Translations under genes and position numbers: made by a program | From: an uncultured Alphaproteobacteria bacterium | GTDB taxonomy: Bacteria; Pseudomonadota; Alphaproteobacteria; Rhizobiales; Xanthobacteraceae | Assembly (NCBI GenBank): GCA_963831225.1 | Contig: CAWHPT010000013.1 | Location: forward strand, 12,916-76,915 | DNA: 64,000 nucleotides | Direction of reading: 5' to 3' | Shown here: positions 10,807 through 25,692 of the stretch, in pieces | Position numbering within the stretch: the stretch's first letter is position 1 | Layout of the letters: the number at the start of each line of letters is the position of its first letter | The notes under the pieces: generated by a model | The model's input: only the letters and a program-made list of their open reading frames with translations | What the model was told of the DNA's origin: nothing | The model's database searches: none

Positions 10807-12483
10807 ATGAGCATCAACCTGAAAATTCCCGACATTCGTGAGCTCAAGCCACGGATCACCGTGTTCGGGACCGGCGGCGCCGGCGGCAACGCCGTCAACA
10901 ACATGATCACGAGCGGGCTCCAGGGCGTCGACTTCGTCGTCGCCAATACCGACGCCCAGGCGCTCACCATGTCGAAGGCCGAGCGCATCATCCAGATGGG
11001 CGTGGCGGTCACCGAGGGATTGGGCGCCGGCTCGCAGCCCGAGGTCGGGCGGGCGGCGGCCGAGGAGGTCATCGACGAGATTCGCGATCATCTCCAGGGC
11101 GCCCACATGGTCTTCGTGACCGCCGGCATGGGCGGCGGGACCGGCACCGGGGCAGCGCCGGTGGTGGCACGGTGTGCGAAAGAAGCCGGCATCCTCACGG
11201 TGGGTGTCGTCACCAAGCCGTTCCACTTCGAAGGCGTGCGGCGGATGCGCGTCGCCGAGAACGGCATCACCGAGTTGCACAAGGTGGTGGACACGCTGCT
11301 CATCATTCCGAACCAGAATCTGTTCCGGGTGGCGAACGAAAAGACGACCTTCGCCGATGCGTTCGCAATGGCCGATCAGGTGCTCTATTCCGGGGTAGCC
11401 TGCATCACCGATCTGATGGTGAAAGAAGGCCTGATCAATCTCGACTTTGCCGACGTTCGAGCCGTGATGCGCGAGATGGGCAAGGCGATGATGGGTACCG
11501 GTGAAGCCTCTGGGGAGAAGCGCGCGCTCTCGGCCGCCGAGGCGGCGATCTCCAACCCCCTCATCGACGATGCGTCGATGAAGGGAGCGAGGGGCCTGCT
11601 CATCTCGATCACCGGCGGTAAGGATCTCACCCTGTACGAGGTCGACGAGGCGGCGACCCGCATCCGCGAGGAGGTGGACCAGGACGCCAACATCATCGTG
11701 GGTGCGACGTTCGACGAGAGCCTCGATGGTATCATTCGCGTTTCGGTGGTGGCCACGGGCATCGACCAGGCGTCAATGTCGCGGCCGGCGACGGTGCCCG
11801 AGGCGCGGATTGCGGAGCTTACACAGAAGCTGCGCGCCGAGCAGCAGCGTGGCGGCATCGAGCGCCACGAGATCCGGGCACTCCGTGCAACTCCGACGGT
11901 GCCGCCCATCCCGCCGCAGCAGATGCCGGAAGCGATCGAAAATGCCGCCAAGGCTGCCGTCGCGGCCGCGGTCCTGCCGATGGTCGAGGAGGTGACCATC
12001 CGTCCGATCCCACCCAAGCCTTCGCTGTTTCCGGAGCAGACCGCGAACCAGTCAGAATCCCCGCCGGTCCCGCGCGCTTTCATTCCGCCGGCCCCAGAAC
12101 GCACGCCCCAGCGGGCGCGGCGCATGCCTGATATCGACGAGCTCCCGCGTCCGGCTCAGGCCGAGCTGCGCGCCAAGCGCGGCGAGCAGGCGGGCGGCGA
12201 CAATCCTGAAAAGCGCAAGGTCGGCCTGTTGCGCCGCCTCGCCGCCGTCGGCCTCGGCCGTCGTGAAGAGGAAGAGGAGCCCGACAAGCTCCCGGTAAAT
12301 GTCCGACCGGTTCGTCCGGTGCCACGTCCGGCCGACCGGACGCCACAAGCGCCGCGCGCGCCCATGCTGCCGCCAGTGCCGCGTATGTCGGAGCCGGTGT
12401 CGGAATACGCCAAGCGTCCGAATCAGCAAGGGCTCGACGCTCTCGGCCGGCAAGTCCCTGTGAACAATTCCGCGCGACGATGA
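10807..12483 (+). CDS. ftsZ: Cell division GTPase FtsZ; the ORF as written lacks the conserved C-terminal peptide, which lies out of frame up to 12526
   Basis: ORF 10807..12483: [28 protein letters not shown] (tubulin signature), long Pro-rich linker. [16 protein letters not shown] is encoded at 12476-12526 in the +1 frame. Confidence 0.95.
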   Translation: MSINLKIPDIRELKPRITVFGTGGAGGNAVNNMITSGLQGVDFVVANTDAQALTMSKAERIIQMGVAVTEGLGAGSQPEVGRAAAEEVIDEIRDHLQGAHMVFVTAGMGGGTGTGAAPVVARCAKEAGILTVGVVTKPFHFEGVRRMRVAENGITELHKVVDTLLIIPNQNLFRVANEKTTFADAFAMADQVLYSGVACITDLMVKEGLINLDFADVRAVMREMGKAMMGTGEASGEKRALSAAEAAISNPLIDDASMKGARGLLISITGGKDLTLYEVDEAATRIREEVDQDANIIVGATFDESLDGIIRVSVVATGIDQASMSRPATVPEARIAELTQKLRAEQQRGGIERHEIRALRATPTVPPIPPQQMPEAIENAAKAAVAAAVLPMVEEVTIRPIPPKPSLFPEQTANQSESPPVPRAFIPPAPERTPQRARRMPDIDELPRPAQAELRAKRGEQAGGDNPEKRKVGLLRRLAAVGLGRREEEEEPDKLPVNVRPVRPVPRPADRTPQAPRAPMLPPVPRMSEPVSEYAKRPNQQGLDALGRQVPVNNSARR

Positions 12484-12963
12484 CCAACTCGACATTCCTG
12501 CGTTTCTGCGACGGCAGGCAAACTGACTGCCGAAGGCTCGCTTGCATGACCGGTCCCGGCGCGACTTGCCGGGACCGCCGGCTCCGGAGCGCGCCGGCCC
12601 GTCAAGACAACATTAGTCCTGAAAATTCATAGGCTATCGCCGGCGTGGCGAGCTCGCTTCCGGCCCGGCACCGGCCGCCTTTGCGCTGCGCGCGACGCTT
12701 CGGGTACCGCCGACTGCGACCGCGGAGGGCTCGTATTGCGGCCGCTTGGTGGTAACAGTCGGTAAAAAAGCGTGAGTTGGCCAGTTGGCAAACCGCCGCT
12801 AAGCTTCCCATGCAAAAGGGGTTTTTGTCGGGGGACAGCGCGGTCGAAGTCTTGCCGCGGGCGTGTACAGCCTTACCGATGGCAGGAATGCAGCCGTTGT
12901 TGCCCGCGTGATCCGACGCGTGCCGCTCAGCGGTCGCGGCTGGAGAAAATGTGGGGCGGGAGC

Positions 12964-13917
12964 ATGAAAGCCGTCAGGCAAACGACGCTTCGCGACCACA
13001 CCGCGTTGTTCGGTGTCGGCGTCCATTCGGGCTTGCCGGTCACGCTGACCCTGCATCCAGCCGATGCCGGTACCGGCCTGCGGTTCATTCGAACGCGCAT
13101 CGATGGCCGGGAAGATCTCGAGATTCCCGCCGACATGGGCGCGGTCACAGCCACCGAATTCGCCACCGTGCTGGGCGACGCGTCAGGGCCGCTGGTTTCG
13201 ACCGCCGAGCATGTTCTGGCGGCGCTTGCCGGTCTCGGCGTCGACAACGCCGTGGTCGAGATCGACGGTCCGGAAGCGCCGATCATGGACGGCAGCGCGG
13301 CTCCCTTCGTCGCGGCCGATCGACCTGGTCGGGCTCGAGACGCTCGATCAGCCCCGACGCTATCTCAAGGTGCTCAAGCCGGTCCGGGTCGCGCTCGGCG
13401 ACGCCTTCGGCGAGCTCCGGCCCAATGCGCGCGGCTTCCGCATCGAAGCCGAGGTCGAGTTCGACCATGCGCTGATCGGCCGGCAAGTCGCTGGCGATCG
13501 ACGTGAAGCCGGACACTTTCCGCCGCGAGATCGCGCGCGCGCGCACCTTCGGCTTCATGCGCGACGTGACGACCCTGTGGAACTCGGGCTACGCGCTCGG
13601 CGCTTCGCTCGAGAACACGCTGGTCGTCAGCGACAAGCGCATCCTCAATCCGGAAGGCACGCGCTTCCCGGACGAGTTCGTGCGCCACAAGGTGCTCGAC
13701 GCGATCGGCGATCTGGCGCTTGGCCGGCGCGCCCTTGCTCGCGCACCTACCGCTCGGTGCGCGGCGGCCACAAGCTCAACCATGCGGTGCTGTGTGCGCT
13801 GATGTCCGACGCCGAGCGCCTGGACCTGGGTCGAAGGCGAGACGCCGCGCGCCCGCATCGCGGCCATGCCGAGGTCGCCGGGCGCCTGGCGCCGGCCTTC
13901 GGGCCCGAATTTCCTGA
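12964..13917 (+). pseudogene. lpxC: UDP-3-O-acyl-GlcNAc deacetylase LpxC, several frameshifts; 3' end inferred
   Basis: ATG 12964. Motifs VGVHSGLPVTLTLHPA, STAEHVLAALAGLGVDNA, FGFMRDV, FVRHKVLDAIGDLAL, GGHKLNHAVL and SAWTWVEGE are spread over ORFs 12772, 13064, 13503 and 13866. A family-typical ending ...AFGPEF(S)* would use TGA 13915-13917. Confidence 0.8.
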
Positions 13918-14080
13918 GTCCGGTCGTCGCGCGCCCCGCAGGGCTGCGCTCTCGGCCCGCCACATTCCGGGCGGAATGTCCGCCTATTTCCTTGCCTCAG
14001 GCGGGGCTTGATCGGATTACGACGGCGAGCGGCGCACGCGGCCGGCCGAACCTCGCTGAGGGGACGGGATATATCCGACC

Positions 14081-14936
14081 ATGGTTTGTCGCTTGGCACG
14101 ACGCAGGCCTCGAGCGGCGGCGCCGCGTGTCGCGCGGCTTGCGGCGCTTGCTTCTGGTCGCGCTTCGCGCTCGGCGGCTGCAGCATGTTCGACAAGGACG
14201 TGCCGTCCTCGACGAGCCGGCCGACAAGCTCTACAACGAGGGTCTCTACCTCCTGAACAACAAGAAGGATCCCAAGACCGCGGCCAAGAAGTTCGAGGAG
14301 GTCGACCGCCAGCATCCTTATTCCGAATGGGCGCGCAAGTCCCTGATCATGACCGCCTTCGCCTATTACGAGGCCGGCGCCTACGACGAATGCATCAAGT
14401 CCGCGCGGCGCTACGTGTCGCTTGCATCCGGGCAGCCCGGATGCCGCCTATGCGCAGTTCCTGATCGGCTCGTCCCATTTCGACCAGATCCCCGAAATCT
14501 CGCGCGACCAGGATCGCACCGAGAAGGCGGTGCAGACCCTCGAGGAGGTGGTTCGGAAATATCCCAACTCCGAATATGCCGCCGCCGCCAAGCAAGAAGA
14601 TCGAGATCGCGCGCGATCAGCTCGCCGGCAAGGAGATGGATGTCGGGCGCTGGTACATGCAACGGCGCAACTACACCGGCGCGATCAACCGCTTCAAGGT
14701 CGTGGTGACGCGCTATCAGACGCACGCGCCATGTCGAGGAAGCGCTGCTGCGGCTGACCGAGGCCTATATGTCGCTCGGCATCGTCGAGGAGGCGCAGAC
14801 CTCGGCCGCCGTGCTCGGCCACAACTTCCCCGACAGCCGCTGGTACAAGGACGCCTTCGCGCTGATGCAGTCGAAGGGCCTGCAGCCGAACGAGAACAAG
14901 GGCTCCTGGATCAGCCGGGCCTTCAAGCTCGGCTAA
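14081..14936 (+). pseudogene. bamD: Outer-membrane assembly lipoprotein BamD (ComL/YfiO), many frameshifts; start approximate
   Basis: Lipobox ALGGCS (ORF 14008 frame). TPR-like core [45 protein letters not shown] (ORF 13866 frame). Also [15 protein letters not shown] (14422), [25 protein letters not shown] (14576), and a tail ...[14 protein letters not shown]... ending at TAA 14934-14936. Confidence 0.8.
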
Positions 14937-15178
14937 GCTCGGAATCGCCGCTCGTTCTTGCACAAGGCAACCTCCGCTGCGCAAGCTCTCCCCACCGTGA
15001 TAACGGTCCGGTACTGTCATCGCGCATCCGCCATCGGCGTGAATGCACCGGCAATGAAGGCTCCGGTTGCGGCGCTTATTGTGATGCGTTCGACTTGGGC
15101 ACGAATCCGGGCATGGTCCGCTCGGCTAGAATCGGAAATCGCGGTTCAGCATGAACGGATTCGCGCTAGGAGCCAAGC

Positions 15179-16854
15179 ATGCTGGCCCGGCTCTCGATCC
15201 GCGACATCGTCCTGATCGACCGGCTCGACATCGACTTCACGCCGGCCTGTCCGTGCTCACCGGCGAGACCGGCGCCGGCAAATCCATCCTGCTCGATGCC
15301 TTCGCGCTCGCGCTCGGCGCGCGCGGCGATCGTCGCGCTGGTGCGGCAGGGCGCCGAGCAGGGGCAGGTGACGGCCGCCTTCGAGCTGCCGAACGGCCAC
15401 CCCGTGCGCGCGCTGCTGGCCGCCAACGACATCCCGGCGGAGGACGAGCTCATCCTGCGCCGCGTGCAATTCGCCGACGGCCGCACCCGCGCCTTCGTCA
15501 ACGATCAGCCGGTCAGCGCGCAGGCGCTCAAGGTGCTGGGCGCGGCGCTGGTCGAGATCCACGGCCAGCATGACGAGCGCGCATTGGTCGACGTGGCGAC
15601 GCATCGCCGCCTGCTCGATGCCTTCGGCGGGCTCGAGGCCGCAGGCCGCCGAGGTCGAGCGGCTTTGGGACGAGCGGCGTGCGCGCGAAAGCGAGGTGGC
15701 GGCGCACCGCGCCGAGGTCGAGCGCGCGCAGCGCGAGGCCGATTGGCTGCGCCACGCGGTCGAGGAGCTCGACCCGGCTCGCACCCGAGCCGATCGGAGG
15801 AGACCGCGCTGGCCGAACGGCGCACCGCCATGATGCAGGCGGAGAAGGTCGCCGGCGACCTGCGCGACGCCCATGAGGCGGTGGCGGGCGCGCGCTCGCC
15901 GGTGCCGGCGCTCGTCCGCCGCGGTGCGCCGGCTGGAACGTCGCGGCGCTGCAGGCGCCGGCGCTGATCGAGCCGGCGGTGAAGGCGCTCGACGCCGCGC
16001 TCTCCGCGCTCGACGAGGCGCGCGCACATCTCGATGCCGCATTGCGGGCGGCCGATCACGATCCGCGCGAGCTCGAGCGCATCGAGGAACGGCTGTTCGC
16101 GCTGCGGGCGGCTGCCCGCAAATACAACGTTCCGGTCGATGAGCTCGATGCGCTGGCCACCCGCTATGCCGCCGAGCTCGAACTGATCGATGCCGGCGCC
16201 GAGCGGCTGGCGGCTGTCGAGGCCGCTGCGGGCGAGGCCGGCGCCAGCTATCGTGCGGCAGCTGACGTATTGTCCAAAGCGCGCCGGAAGGCGGGGAAGA
16301 TGCTCGACCATGCGGTCAACGGCGAGCTCGCGCCGCTCAAGCTCGAACGCGCCAACTTCTCCACCGAGATCGCCGCCGAGGCGTCGGCGCCCGGCCCGAA
16401 TGGCATCGACCGCGTCGATTTCTGGGTGCAGACCAATCCCGGCACCCGACCGGGGCCGCTGATGAAGGTCGCTTCAGGCGGCGAGCTGGCGCGCTTTCTT
16501 CTGGCGCTCAAGGTCGTGCTGGCCGATCGCGGCTCGGCGCCCACGCTGGTCTTCGACGAGGTCGACACCGGCGTGGGCGGCGCGGTTGCCGATGCGATCG
16601 GGGTGCGGCTGGCCCGCCTCGGCTACCGCGTCCAGGTCATCGCGGTGACGCATGCGCCACAGGTGGCTGCCCGCGCCGACCGGCACTATCTCATCAGCAA
16701 GAGCGCGATCGACAACGGCAAGCGCGTCGCCACCCGGGTCGCCGAGGTCGCCGCCGACAAGCGCCGCGAGGAGATCGCGCGCATGCTCGCCGGCGCCGAG
16801 ATCACGGCCGAGGCGCGCGCCGCCGCCGATCGCCTGATCAAGGCGGCCGGCTGA
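15179..16854 (+). pseudogene. recN: DNA repair protein RecN, about 6 frameshifts
   Basis: ATG 15179 follows AGGAG. Walker A LTGETGAGKSILLDA is in the ORF 15151 frame. Coiled-coil segments lie in ORFs 15179, 15570 and 15873. ASGGELARF and PTLVFDEVDTGVGG are in ORF 15979..16854. Confidence 0.9.
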
Positions 16855-16870
16855 GCGGCTGGCATCCGCG

Positions 16871-19025
<2,155 letters not shown>

Positions 19026-19047
19026 TAGGCAGAGCTCCACTATCGAA

Positions 19048-20301
19048 TCAGCGCCGGACCAGGACGAAAACGGCGGCCGCCGTCGCCAGGCCGAACGCAA
19101 GCATCAGCAGCAGCATCGGCATCGCATCGGAGGCGCCGGCAATCACCTGTGCCGCCAGCTGGGCGGCGCCGGCGCCGATCGACATCTGGATGAAGCCGGT
19201 CATGCCCGAGGCGGTGCCGGCGACCTGCGGGCGGATGCTCACGGCGCCGGCGACCGCCGTCGGCAGCAGCAGGCCGTTGCCGAAGTCCGATGACGACCTG
19301 GGGAAGAAAGATCGTCATCATCTCCCAGCCGGGAAACGCGACATAGACCGCGATGCTCGAGCAGGCAGCCGATTATGGTCAGCGCAATTCCCCACCAGAT
19401 CAACGCGTCGATGCCGAAGCGCACGCTGAGCCGCGACGACCGCGAAATTGCCCGCCATGAAACCGATCGAGGGAACGAAGAACCACAGCCCGTACTCGGC
19501 CGACGTGCGCCCGAGCATGCTCACCACGACGTAAGGCGCGCCGCCGAGGAGGCTGAAGAACGGCGCCGAGCCGAAGCCGGCGCACAGCGCGTAGCCGAAG
19601 AACCGCGGGCTGGCCGCAAGCGCCGCAAGGTCGGCGCGGAAATGACTGCGCTCGCCGGGCTCGCTCGGAGAGCGCGCCGCGTTTCCGGCAGATCGAGCAC
19701 CGCCCAGACGAATACCGCAGACGCTCAGAACCGCCGTGAAGATGAAGATCGATTCCCAGCCGAACAGCGTATCGAGAATGCCGCCGATGAGCGGCGCCGC
19801 CATCGGCATGAGCACCACGACCGAGGTGACCAGCCCGATCATGGAGGCGGCGTGCTCGCGGTCGTAAAGATCGCGGATGATGGCGCGGCCGATGGTCTGT
19901 CCGGTGGAGGCGCCGAGCGACTGGGCGACGCGCGCGGCGATGAGCCCGGCGATGCTCGACGGCGAAGATGGCGACGGTGCTGGCGATCGTCGCAATGCGC
20001 GAGCCCGGCCAGCACAACCGGACGCCGCCCGAAGCGATCGGACAGCGGACCGAACACGAGTTGCGCGACCGCAAGGCCGAGCAGATAGAGCGAGACGGTG
20101 AGCTGCGACGTTGGCGGGATCGGTGGCGAACTTGATCGCCAGGCTGGGAATCGCCGGCACCAGGATGTTGAGCGAGACCGAGCTCACCCCGGTCATTGCG
20201 ATCAGCAATGCAAGCAGCCGCCATGGTCTGCGGCGCGCCTGATCCTGGGCGGAATGGTCCTTGCTGCCGGGTCGAGCAAATGCGTGCGCCGACGAGTTCA
20301 A
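19048..20301 (-). pseudogene. MFS transporter, Bcr/CflA drug-resistance subfamily, frameshifted; start uncertain (20224-20301)
   Basis: Minus-strand peptides: [43 protein letters not shown] (MFS motif A), [20 protein letters not shown], and the C-terminus in ORF 19048..19242. Confidence 0.75.
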
Positions 20302-22144
20302 TCCCGCCCGAGCGGGCGAGTTGCGGCTGCGAGCCACGCGCGCGTCTCGGCGTCGAGTAGCGGCGCCAGCGTTCGCGCTACGCGCGCGTGATAGCGATCG
20401 AGCCAGGCGGTTTCCTCTGGCGGTGAGCATCTCGGCCACGATCAGCCGCGGTCGATCGGCGCAAGCGTGAGAGTCTCGAAGGCGTTGAGCCGCTTTTCGC
20501 CGCGCCGGCGACGGCGGTCGGCCTCGACCACCAGCACCAGATTCTCGATGCGGATGCCGTAGGCGCCGGCTTTGTAATAGCCCGGCTCGTTCGACAGGAT
20601 CATGCCGCGCTCGAGCGCGACGGTTCCGAGCTTGGAGATGCGTGCCGGCCCTTCGTGCACCGAGAGATAGCTGCCGACGCCGTGGCCGGTGCCGTGGTCG
20701 AAATCGAGGCCGCCGGCCCACAGGAATTGGCGCGCGAACGAGTCGAGCTGCGCGCCGGTGGTGCCCTCGGGAAACACCGCGCGCGCGATCGCGATATGTC
20801 CCTTGAGCACGCGGGTGAAGCGGTCGCGCATCTCGGCGGTCGGCTCGCCGACGGCGACGGTGCGGGTGATGTCGGTGGTGCCGTCCTCGTATTGGCCGCC
20901 GGAATTGATCAGAAACAGTTCGCCCGGCGCGATCACGCGATTGGTCTTGCTGGTGACGCGGTAATGCACGATGGCGCCGTCGGGACCGGCGCCGCGCGAT
21001 GGTCGGAAAAGAAATGTCCTTGAGCAGGCCGGTGTCGCGGCGAAAGCTTTCGAGCGCTGCGACGGCGTCGATCTCGGTGAGCTTGCCGCGCGGCGCTTCG
21101 CGATCGAACCAGGCGAGGAAGCGCACAACGGCGGCGCCGTCGCGGACGTGCGCCGCGCGCGCGCCGGAAATCTCCGCATCGTTCTTCACCGCCTTCATCA
21201 GCGCGATCGGATCTGCGCCGCGGGCAGCCTTGCCGCCGTGCGGCCGTGATCACGCGTGCCAGCGCGTCGGCGGCGGTGGCCTGGTCGAGCCGCACCGTTT
21301 TCTTCTCCCGGCCGAGCGCGCTCAGCGCCGGCACGAAATCGGCCGGCTCGCGCACATCGGCGAGCGCTTCGAGACGGTTGCGCACGTCGTTCGAAAGCTT
21401 GCGGCCATCCACGAAGAGGGATGGGCGGCCCGCCTGCGGAACGATGGCGAAGGCGAGCGGCAGCGGCGTGTGCGCCACGTCGGCGCCGCGGATGTTGAAC
21501 GCCCAGGCGACCGCATGCGGATCGGAGACGACGAGCGCGTCGGCGCGCAGCTTGCGCGACTTCGCGTGCGGATGCGCGCGAGCTTGGCCTCGGCGGCCTC
21601 GCCGGCGAAGCGCAGGTCGTGCAGCGTGACCGCGCCCGAGCGGCGGCGGCGGGCGATCGCTCCAGATCGCGTCGATCAGGTCGGGCTCGACCGCGACCAG
21701 CGTGGCGCCGGCAGCGGCGCAGGCCTTGCTCAATCGCTCCGCGTCTTCGACCGTGTGCAGCCAGGGATCGTAGCCGATGCGGTCGCTGCTGCCGAGATTG
21801 TTCTCGATCCAGCGGTCGGGCGGCGTCTCGACGAGATGCTCGACGGCAAACAGCGAGGCATCGACCTGCTCGCGCGCCTGCAGCGTGTAGCGGCCGTCGA
21901 CGAACAGGACCGCGCGCTCCATGAGGACGATCGCGGCGCCGGCGGAGCCGGTGAAGCCGGTGAGCCAGGCCAGCCGCTCCTCGCAAGCCGGCAAGATATT
22001 CGTTCTGGTGGCGATCGGTGCGCGGCACGATCAGGCCGGTCAGAGCCGCGCCGCGCCAATTCGGTGCGCAGCGCCGCGAGCCGCGAGCCCGCTTGCGGCG
22101 CGTTCGGCTCGGTCCTCGAACGACTGGAAGCGTGCCTCGAACAT
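20298..22144 (-). pseudogene. pepP: Aminopeptidase P family (M24B Xaa-Pro aminopeptidase), several frameshifts
   Basis: N-terminus MFEARFQSFEDRAEP (ATG 22144). ERLAWLTGFTGSAGAAIVL is in ORF 20933..21994. The catalytic domain YEDGTTDITRTV...FDHGTGHGVGSYLSVHEGP...ILSNEPGYY is in ORF 20442..21179. The tail ...EETAWLDRYHARV...PLGRD* is in a further frame. Confidence 0.85.
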
Positions 22145-22251
22145 GATGGCAATCTATGGGGTGGCCGGTGCTCCGGCAATGCTCGTGCGAGGTCGAAGAA
22201 TTCCGGCTTGGCGATAGGTGCCCAAGCCTGGACGTCGTGGCGGTGAATGCG

Positions 22252-23249
22252 TCAATTGCGGACCGGACGGCGCCACCGCGCGCGTTTGCTGACGGGGCGG
22301 GCAAGCACCAGCGTGGTCCAGCCTTCCAGCCTGATGCGGCGTGCGAGCACGAGGCCGCGCGCGCGATATGAGGCGAGCGCGGCGCGCGGCCTGCGCGGAC
22401 AGCAATCCCGAGAGCACGATTTCCCCGTTCGGCGCGACCAACCGAGCCATCGGGGTCGCGAGCTCCTGCAGCGGCTGGAGCAGAATATTGGCAAAGATCA
22501 ATGCGAACGGTGCTCGCTGGCGGAACTTGCGCGCTCCCAAGCCGGCGGCATGAATGACCTCGACGTATGAAGCCATGCCGTTGATCTGAGCATTCTCGCG
22601 CGCGATCTTGACCGCGCGTGCGTCGATGTCGCTCGCAAGCACCGGCCGGCGCAGGGCTTTGGCCGCAGCGAGCGCCAACACGCCGGTGCCGGTGCCGATG
22701 TCGAGCACGCTCGACTTCCTGCGCCGCCTGCCAGTGGCGCCGATGCTGCGTCTGCGGGTTTGCTTCTTGGCGATCCGGTCGAGCGCCAGGAGGCAGCCGC
22801 GCGTGGTGCCGTGGTGGCCGGTGCCGAATGCGAGCGCGGCCTCGATCTTGACGCCGATGCGGTTCGCGCGTACTCGCCCGGCGTCGTGCGCGCCGTGCAC
22901 GGCAAAACGGCCGGCTTCGACCGGCTCGAGCGCCTCGAGGCCCTTGCGCACCCAGTCGGTGGGCGCGAGCGTGTCGAAGACCAATGTGTCTGCCGTGGCC
23001 GCGCCGGCTGCCGCTGCAATCAGCGCGCGCAGCGGCGCTTCGTCGGGCAGATGCCGGAAATGGACGGCGACCGACCAGCGTCCGTCCGGCTCTTCGAATG
23101 CCGCAGCAGCGGCCTGTTCGGCAGCGAAGCTTTCGGCGATCGCATCGATGATCTTGCGAGCGGCAGCGGCATCGGTCGAACAGCCGGGCGACCGCGGTTT
23201 CGGCGGCGTCGGGCGAACCTCCCGGCATGGCTCGGAAATTCTCCCTCAT
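22252..23249 (-). pseudogene. prmA: Ribosomal protein L11 methyltransferase PrmA, about 2 frameshifts; start 23249 or 23228
   Basis: ORF 22154..22984: FAVHGAHD...ALAFGTGHHGTTRGCLLAL, VLDIGTGTGVLALAAAK (SAM motif I), LIFANIL. The C-terminus ...YRARGLVLARRIRLEGWTTLVL is in ORF 22252..22494. Confidence 0.85.
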
Positions 23250-23527
23250 CCCCGATATTATCCGTCCCTTATCCCCGGCTCACTCTGGCAATTCACCAAG
23301 CGATCCACAGTTTATCCTGGACTTGTCGACAAGTCTGTCCACCGGCTCATGTACGCGCGCTTCCAGCCTTGCTGGCAGCGTCTGGTCCGCCGTCATCTTG
23401 CACGACCCCGCCGGCCACGCTCGCCCTCGCAACCGCCTGCTATAGGCAAAGTCTAGCCCCGCGAGTATAGCGACATCGCAGATGGCAATGTCGATGCCGC
23501 GCTGGCGATCCTCCACGAAGCGGGATC

Positions 23528-24824
23528 GTGCAATCCATCGAAACCAGATCATCCTGGATCGTCGCGACCGTCGTGCTGGTGATCCTGGCGGTGTCGTTCG
23601 GCGCGCCCTGGATCACCATCGTCGCACTCAAGCCGATCGCCGCCGAAACCGCGGCCTGCGCTCGGTTCCGGCGTTGGCGAGCTCGCTCGCCTGGCTCGGC
23701 TTCGGCGCCGGCGGCATTGTCATGGGCTACATCGCCGAGCGTATCGGCGTGCGCTGGACGGTCATGTTCGGCGCGGTGATGATCTGCATCGGGCTTGCGC
23801 TGTCGACCGGCGGCGAGACCTGGCAGCTCTATCTGGGCCAGGGACTGTTCATGGGATTTCTCGGAATCGGCGGCATGAATGCGCCGTTCTACGTCTATGT
23901 CAGCCGCTGGTTCGACCGCCGCCGCGGCTCGGCGCTGGCGTTGATCTCGAGCGGCAGCTACGTCGCCGGCGCGATCTGGCCGCCGATTTTCGAGCGCGCG
24001 ATCGCCTATGCCGGCTGGCAGAAGACCATGCTCTATTACGGCCTGTTCGAGGTCGCCGTGGTTGTTCCGCTGGCGGCGATCTTTCTGCGCGCGCCGCCCG
24101 AGATGTCGCTGCCGGGCGGCGCGCTCGGGACCGCGCCTTCGCGCCGATGCCGTGATGGGATGGCCGCCCAATCTGGTGTTCGCGCTGTTGGCGCGTGGCG
24201 GTCATCTTCTGCTGCATCCCGATGGCGATGCCGCAGGCGCATCTGCCCGCGCTCTGCAGCGATCTCGGCATTCTCGCATCCCACGGCGCGGCAATGCTGT
24301 CGGTGCTGCTGGGCACGGCCTTCATCAGCCGCCAGTTCTGGGGCTGGGTCTCCGATCGCATCGGCGGCCTCAAGACGGTGCTGGTCGGATCGGCGTTCCA
24401 GATCCTCGCGATGACGGCCTTCATGCTCACGCAGGACGAGGTCGGCCTGTTCACGGTCGTCGGCCGCATTCGGGCTGGGCTTTGCCGGCATCATCCCGGC
24501 CTACATCCTGGCGATCCGGGAGCTGTTTCCGGCTGCGGAAGCTTATTGGCGGATACCCGGCATTCCTGTTGTGCAGCGGCATCCGGCATGGCGATCGGCG
24601 GCTGGCTGGCCGGCGTGCTCTACGATACACTTCGGCTTCTATGCGCCGGCCTTCGCCGCCGGCGTCGTCGCCAACGCGGTCAATCTCGTGATCATCGGCA
24701 CGCTGGTGTTGCGACGAAAATCGGCCGGCGCGTTCGACCTGACAGTTCGGAGTGCCAATTGCTTGACCTCGCCACCTCGCGGCTCTCAATCTCGACACCA
24801 TTCAGACGGAGAAAACGGTCATGA
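23528..24824 (+). pseudogene. MFS transporter (oxalate/formate antiporter-like), about 4 frameshifts; 3' end inferred
   Basis: TM-rich peptides lie across ORFs 23528, 23482, 24195 and 24571 (e.g. GLFMGFLGIGGMNAPFYVYVSRWFDRRRGSALAL). The likely stop, TGA 24822-24824, overlaps the next gene's ATG. Confidence 0.7.
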
Positions 24825-25679
24825 CTTTCCGCATCGCAGTGGTGCAGCCGATCTGCCACCGGCCCGGCGAGGACGAAGCCAATGTCGCCGACGCGGTGCG
24901 CGCGATCGAGCGCGCGGCGGGCGAGGGCGCGCAGTTCGTCTGCTTCCCCGAGACCTATCCCGGTCCGTGGCGGATGCCGGCGACGTTCGATCCGACCGCG
25001 GCCATGGTCGAGGCGGCGGCGAAGCACAAGACGCATGTGGTGTTCGGCACCATCGCGCCGATCGATGACAAGGCCGCGACCGCCTACAATCTCGATCTGC
25101 ATGGCCTATCCCGACGGCCGCGCGCCCGCGCGCTACCGCCGCACCCATCCGAACGGCCCGTGGATCTATACCGGCGGCACGGCCTGGGAATTCCAATGGG
25201 TGCCGGGCGACGAATTCCCGGTGTTCGACACCGTGCACGGCAAGGTCGGGCTCGCGATGTGCAGCGAGGTCTATATGCCGGAGGTCGCTCGCGCGCTGGC
25301 GCTGCGCGGTGCCGAGCTGATCTTCATGCCGGCGGGCAAGGACAAGAACAAGCTGTGGGCGACCTGGCGCACGCTGATCTGGGCGCGCGCGATCGAGAAC
25401 CTCGCGATCGTGGTGACCACGCAGAACCTGTTCGATCATTCCGAGCGCGGGCTCGCCATGGTGGCGGGCCCCGAGGAGATCCTGTTCGAGAGCACGATCG
25501 CCGGCACGACCGTCGTTGACGTGAGCCTCGAGCGCGTGCGCTACCTGCGCTCGACCCGCGACGTGGTCGGCTCGTCGGATCAATGCGCGGTCAAGCAGGG
25601 GCTGCTCGGCCCGCAATGGCAGCGGCCGGAGCTCTACGACCTGATCCATCCGCGTCCGCTGCGCGAGGCTGCGGAGTAG
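24821..25679 (+). pseudogene. Carbon-nitrogen hydrolase (nitrilase superfamily), one frameshift near 25095
   Basis: ATG 24821 follows GGAGA. RIAVVQP...FVCFPETYPGPW is in ORF 24821; GLAMCSEVYMPE (catalytic Cys context) and ...LIFMPAG... are in ORF 24882..25679. Confidence 0.75.
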
Positions 25680-25692
25680 GGCAGGCAGCGCG

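Noticed and set aside
12552-12576. Hairpin GGTCCCGG-N9-CCGGGACC after ftsZ as an intrinsic terminator. A similar hairpin follows tctA at 58172-58201.
   Set aside because: The stems are good but no U-tract follows on the relevant strand. They may be RNA-stabilising or Rho-related structures, and support is too weak for a feature.
14937-15178. SOS (LexA) box upstream of recN.
   Set aside because: I looked for the alphaproteobacterial GTTC-N7-GTTC direct repeat. I found only isolated half-sites (GTTC at 14954, 15088 and 15144) and a GTTC-N5-GAAC palindrome at 15144-15156, none matching the consensus spacing. This cannot be called without a matrix scan.
21198-23249. 683-aa minus-strand ORF spanning pepP and prmA.
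   Set aside because: Only its first roughly 20 residues match PrmA. The rest is an out-of-frame read-through of prmA, the intergenic gap and pepP. The real proteins are recovered from other frames.
25090-25150. C-N hydrolase possibly inactive, because the expected catalytic Lys motif (YRKxH) reads YRRTHP.
   Set aside because: The motif assignment was made by eye, about 15 codons after a frameshift. Without a proper alignment I cannot be sure which residue aligns with the catalytic Lys.
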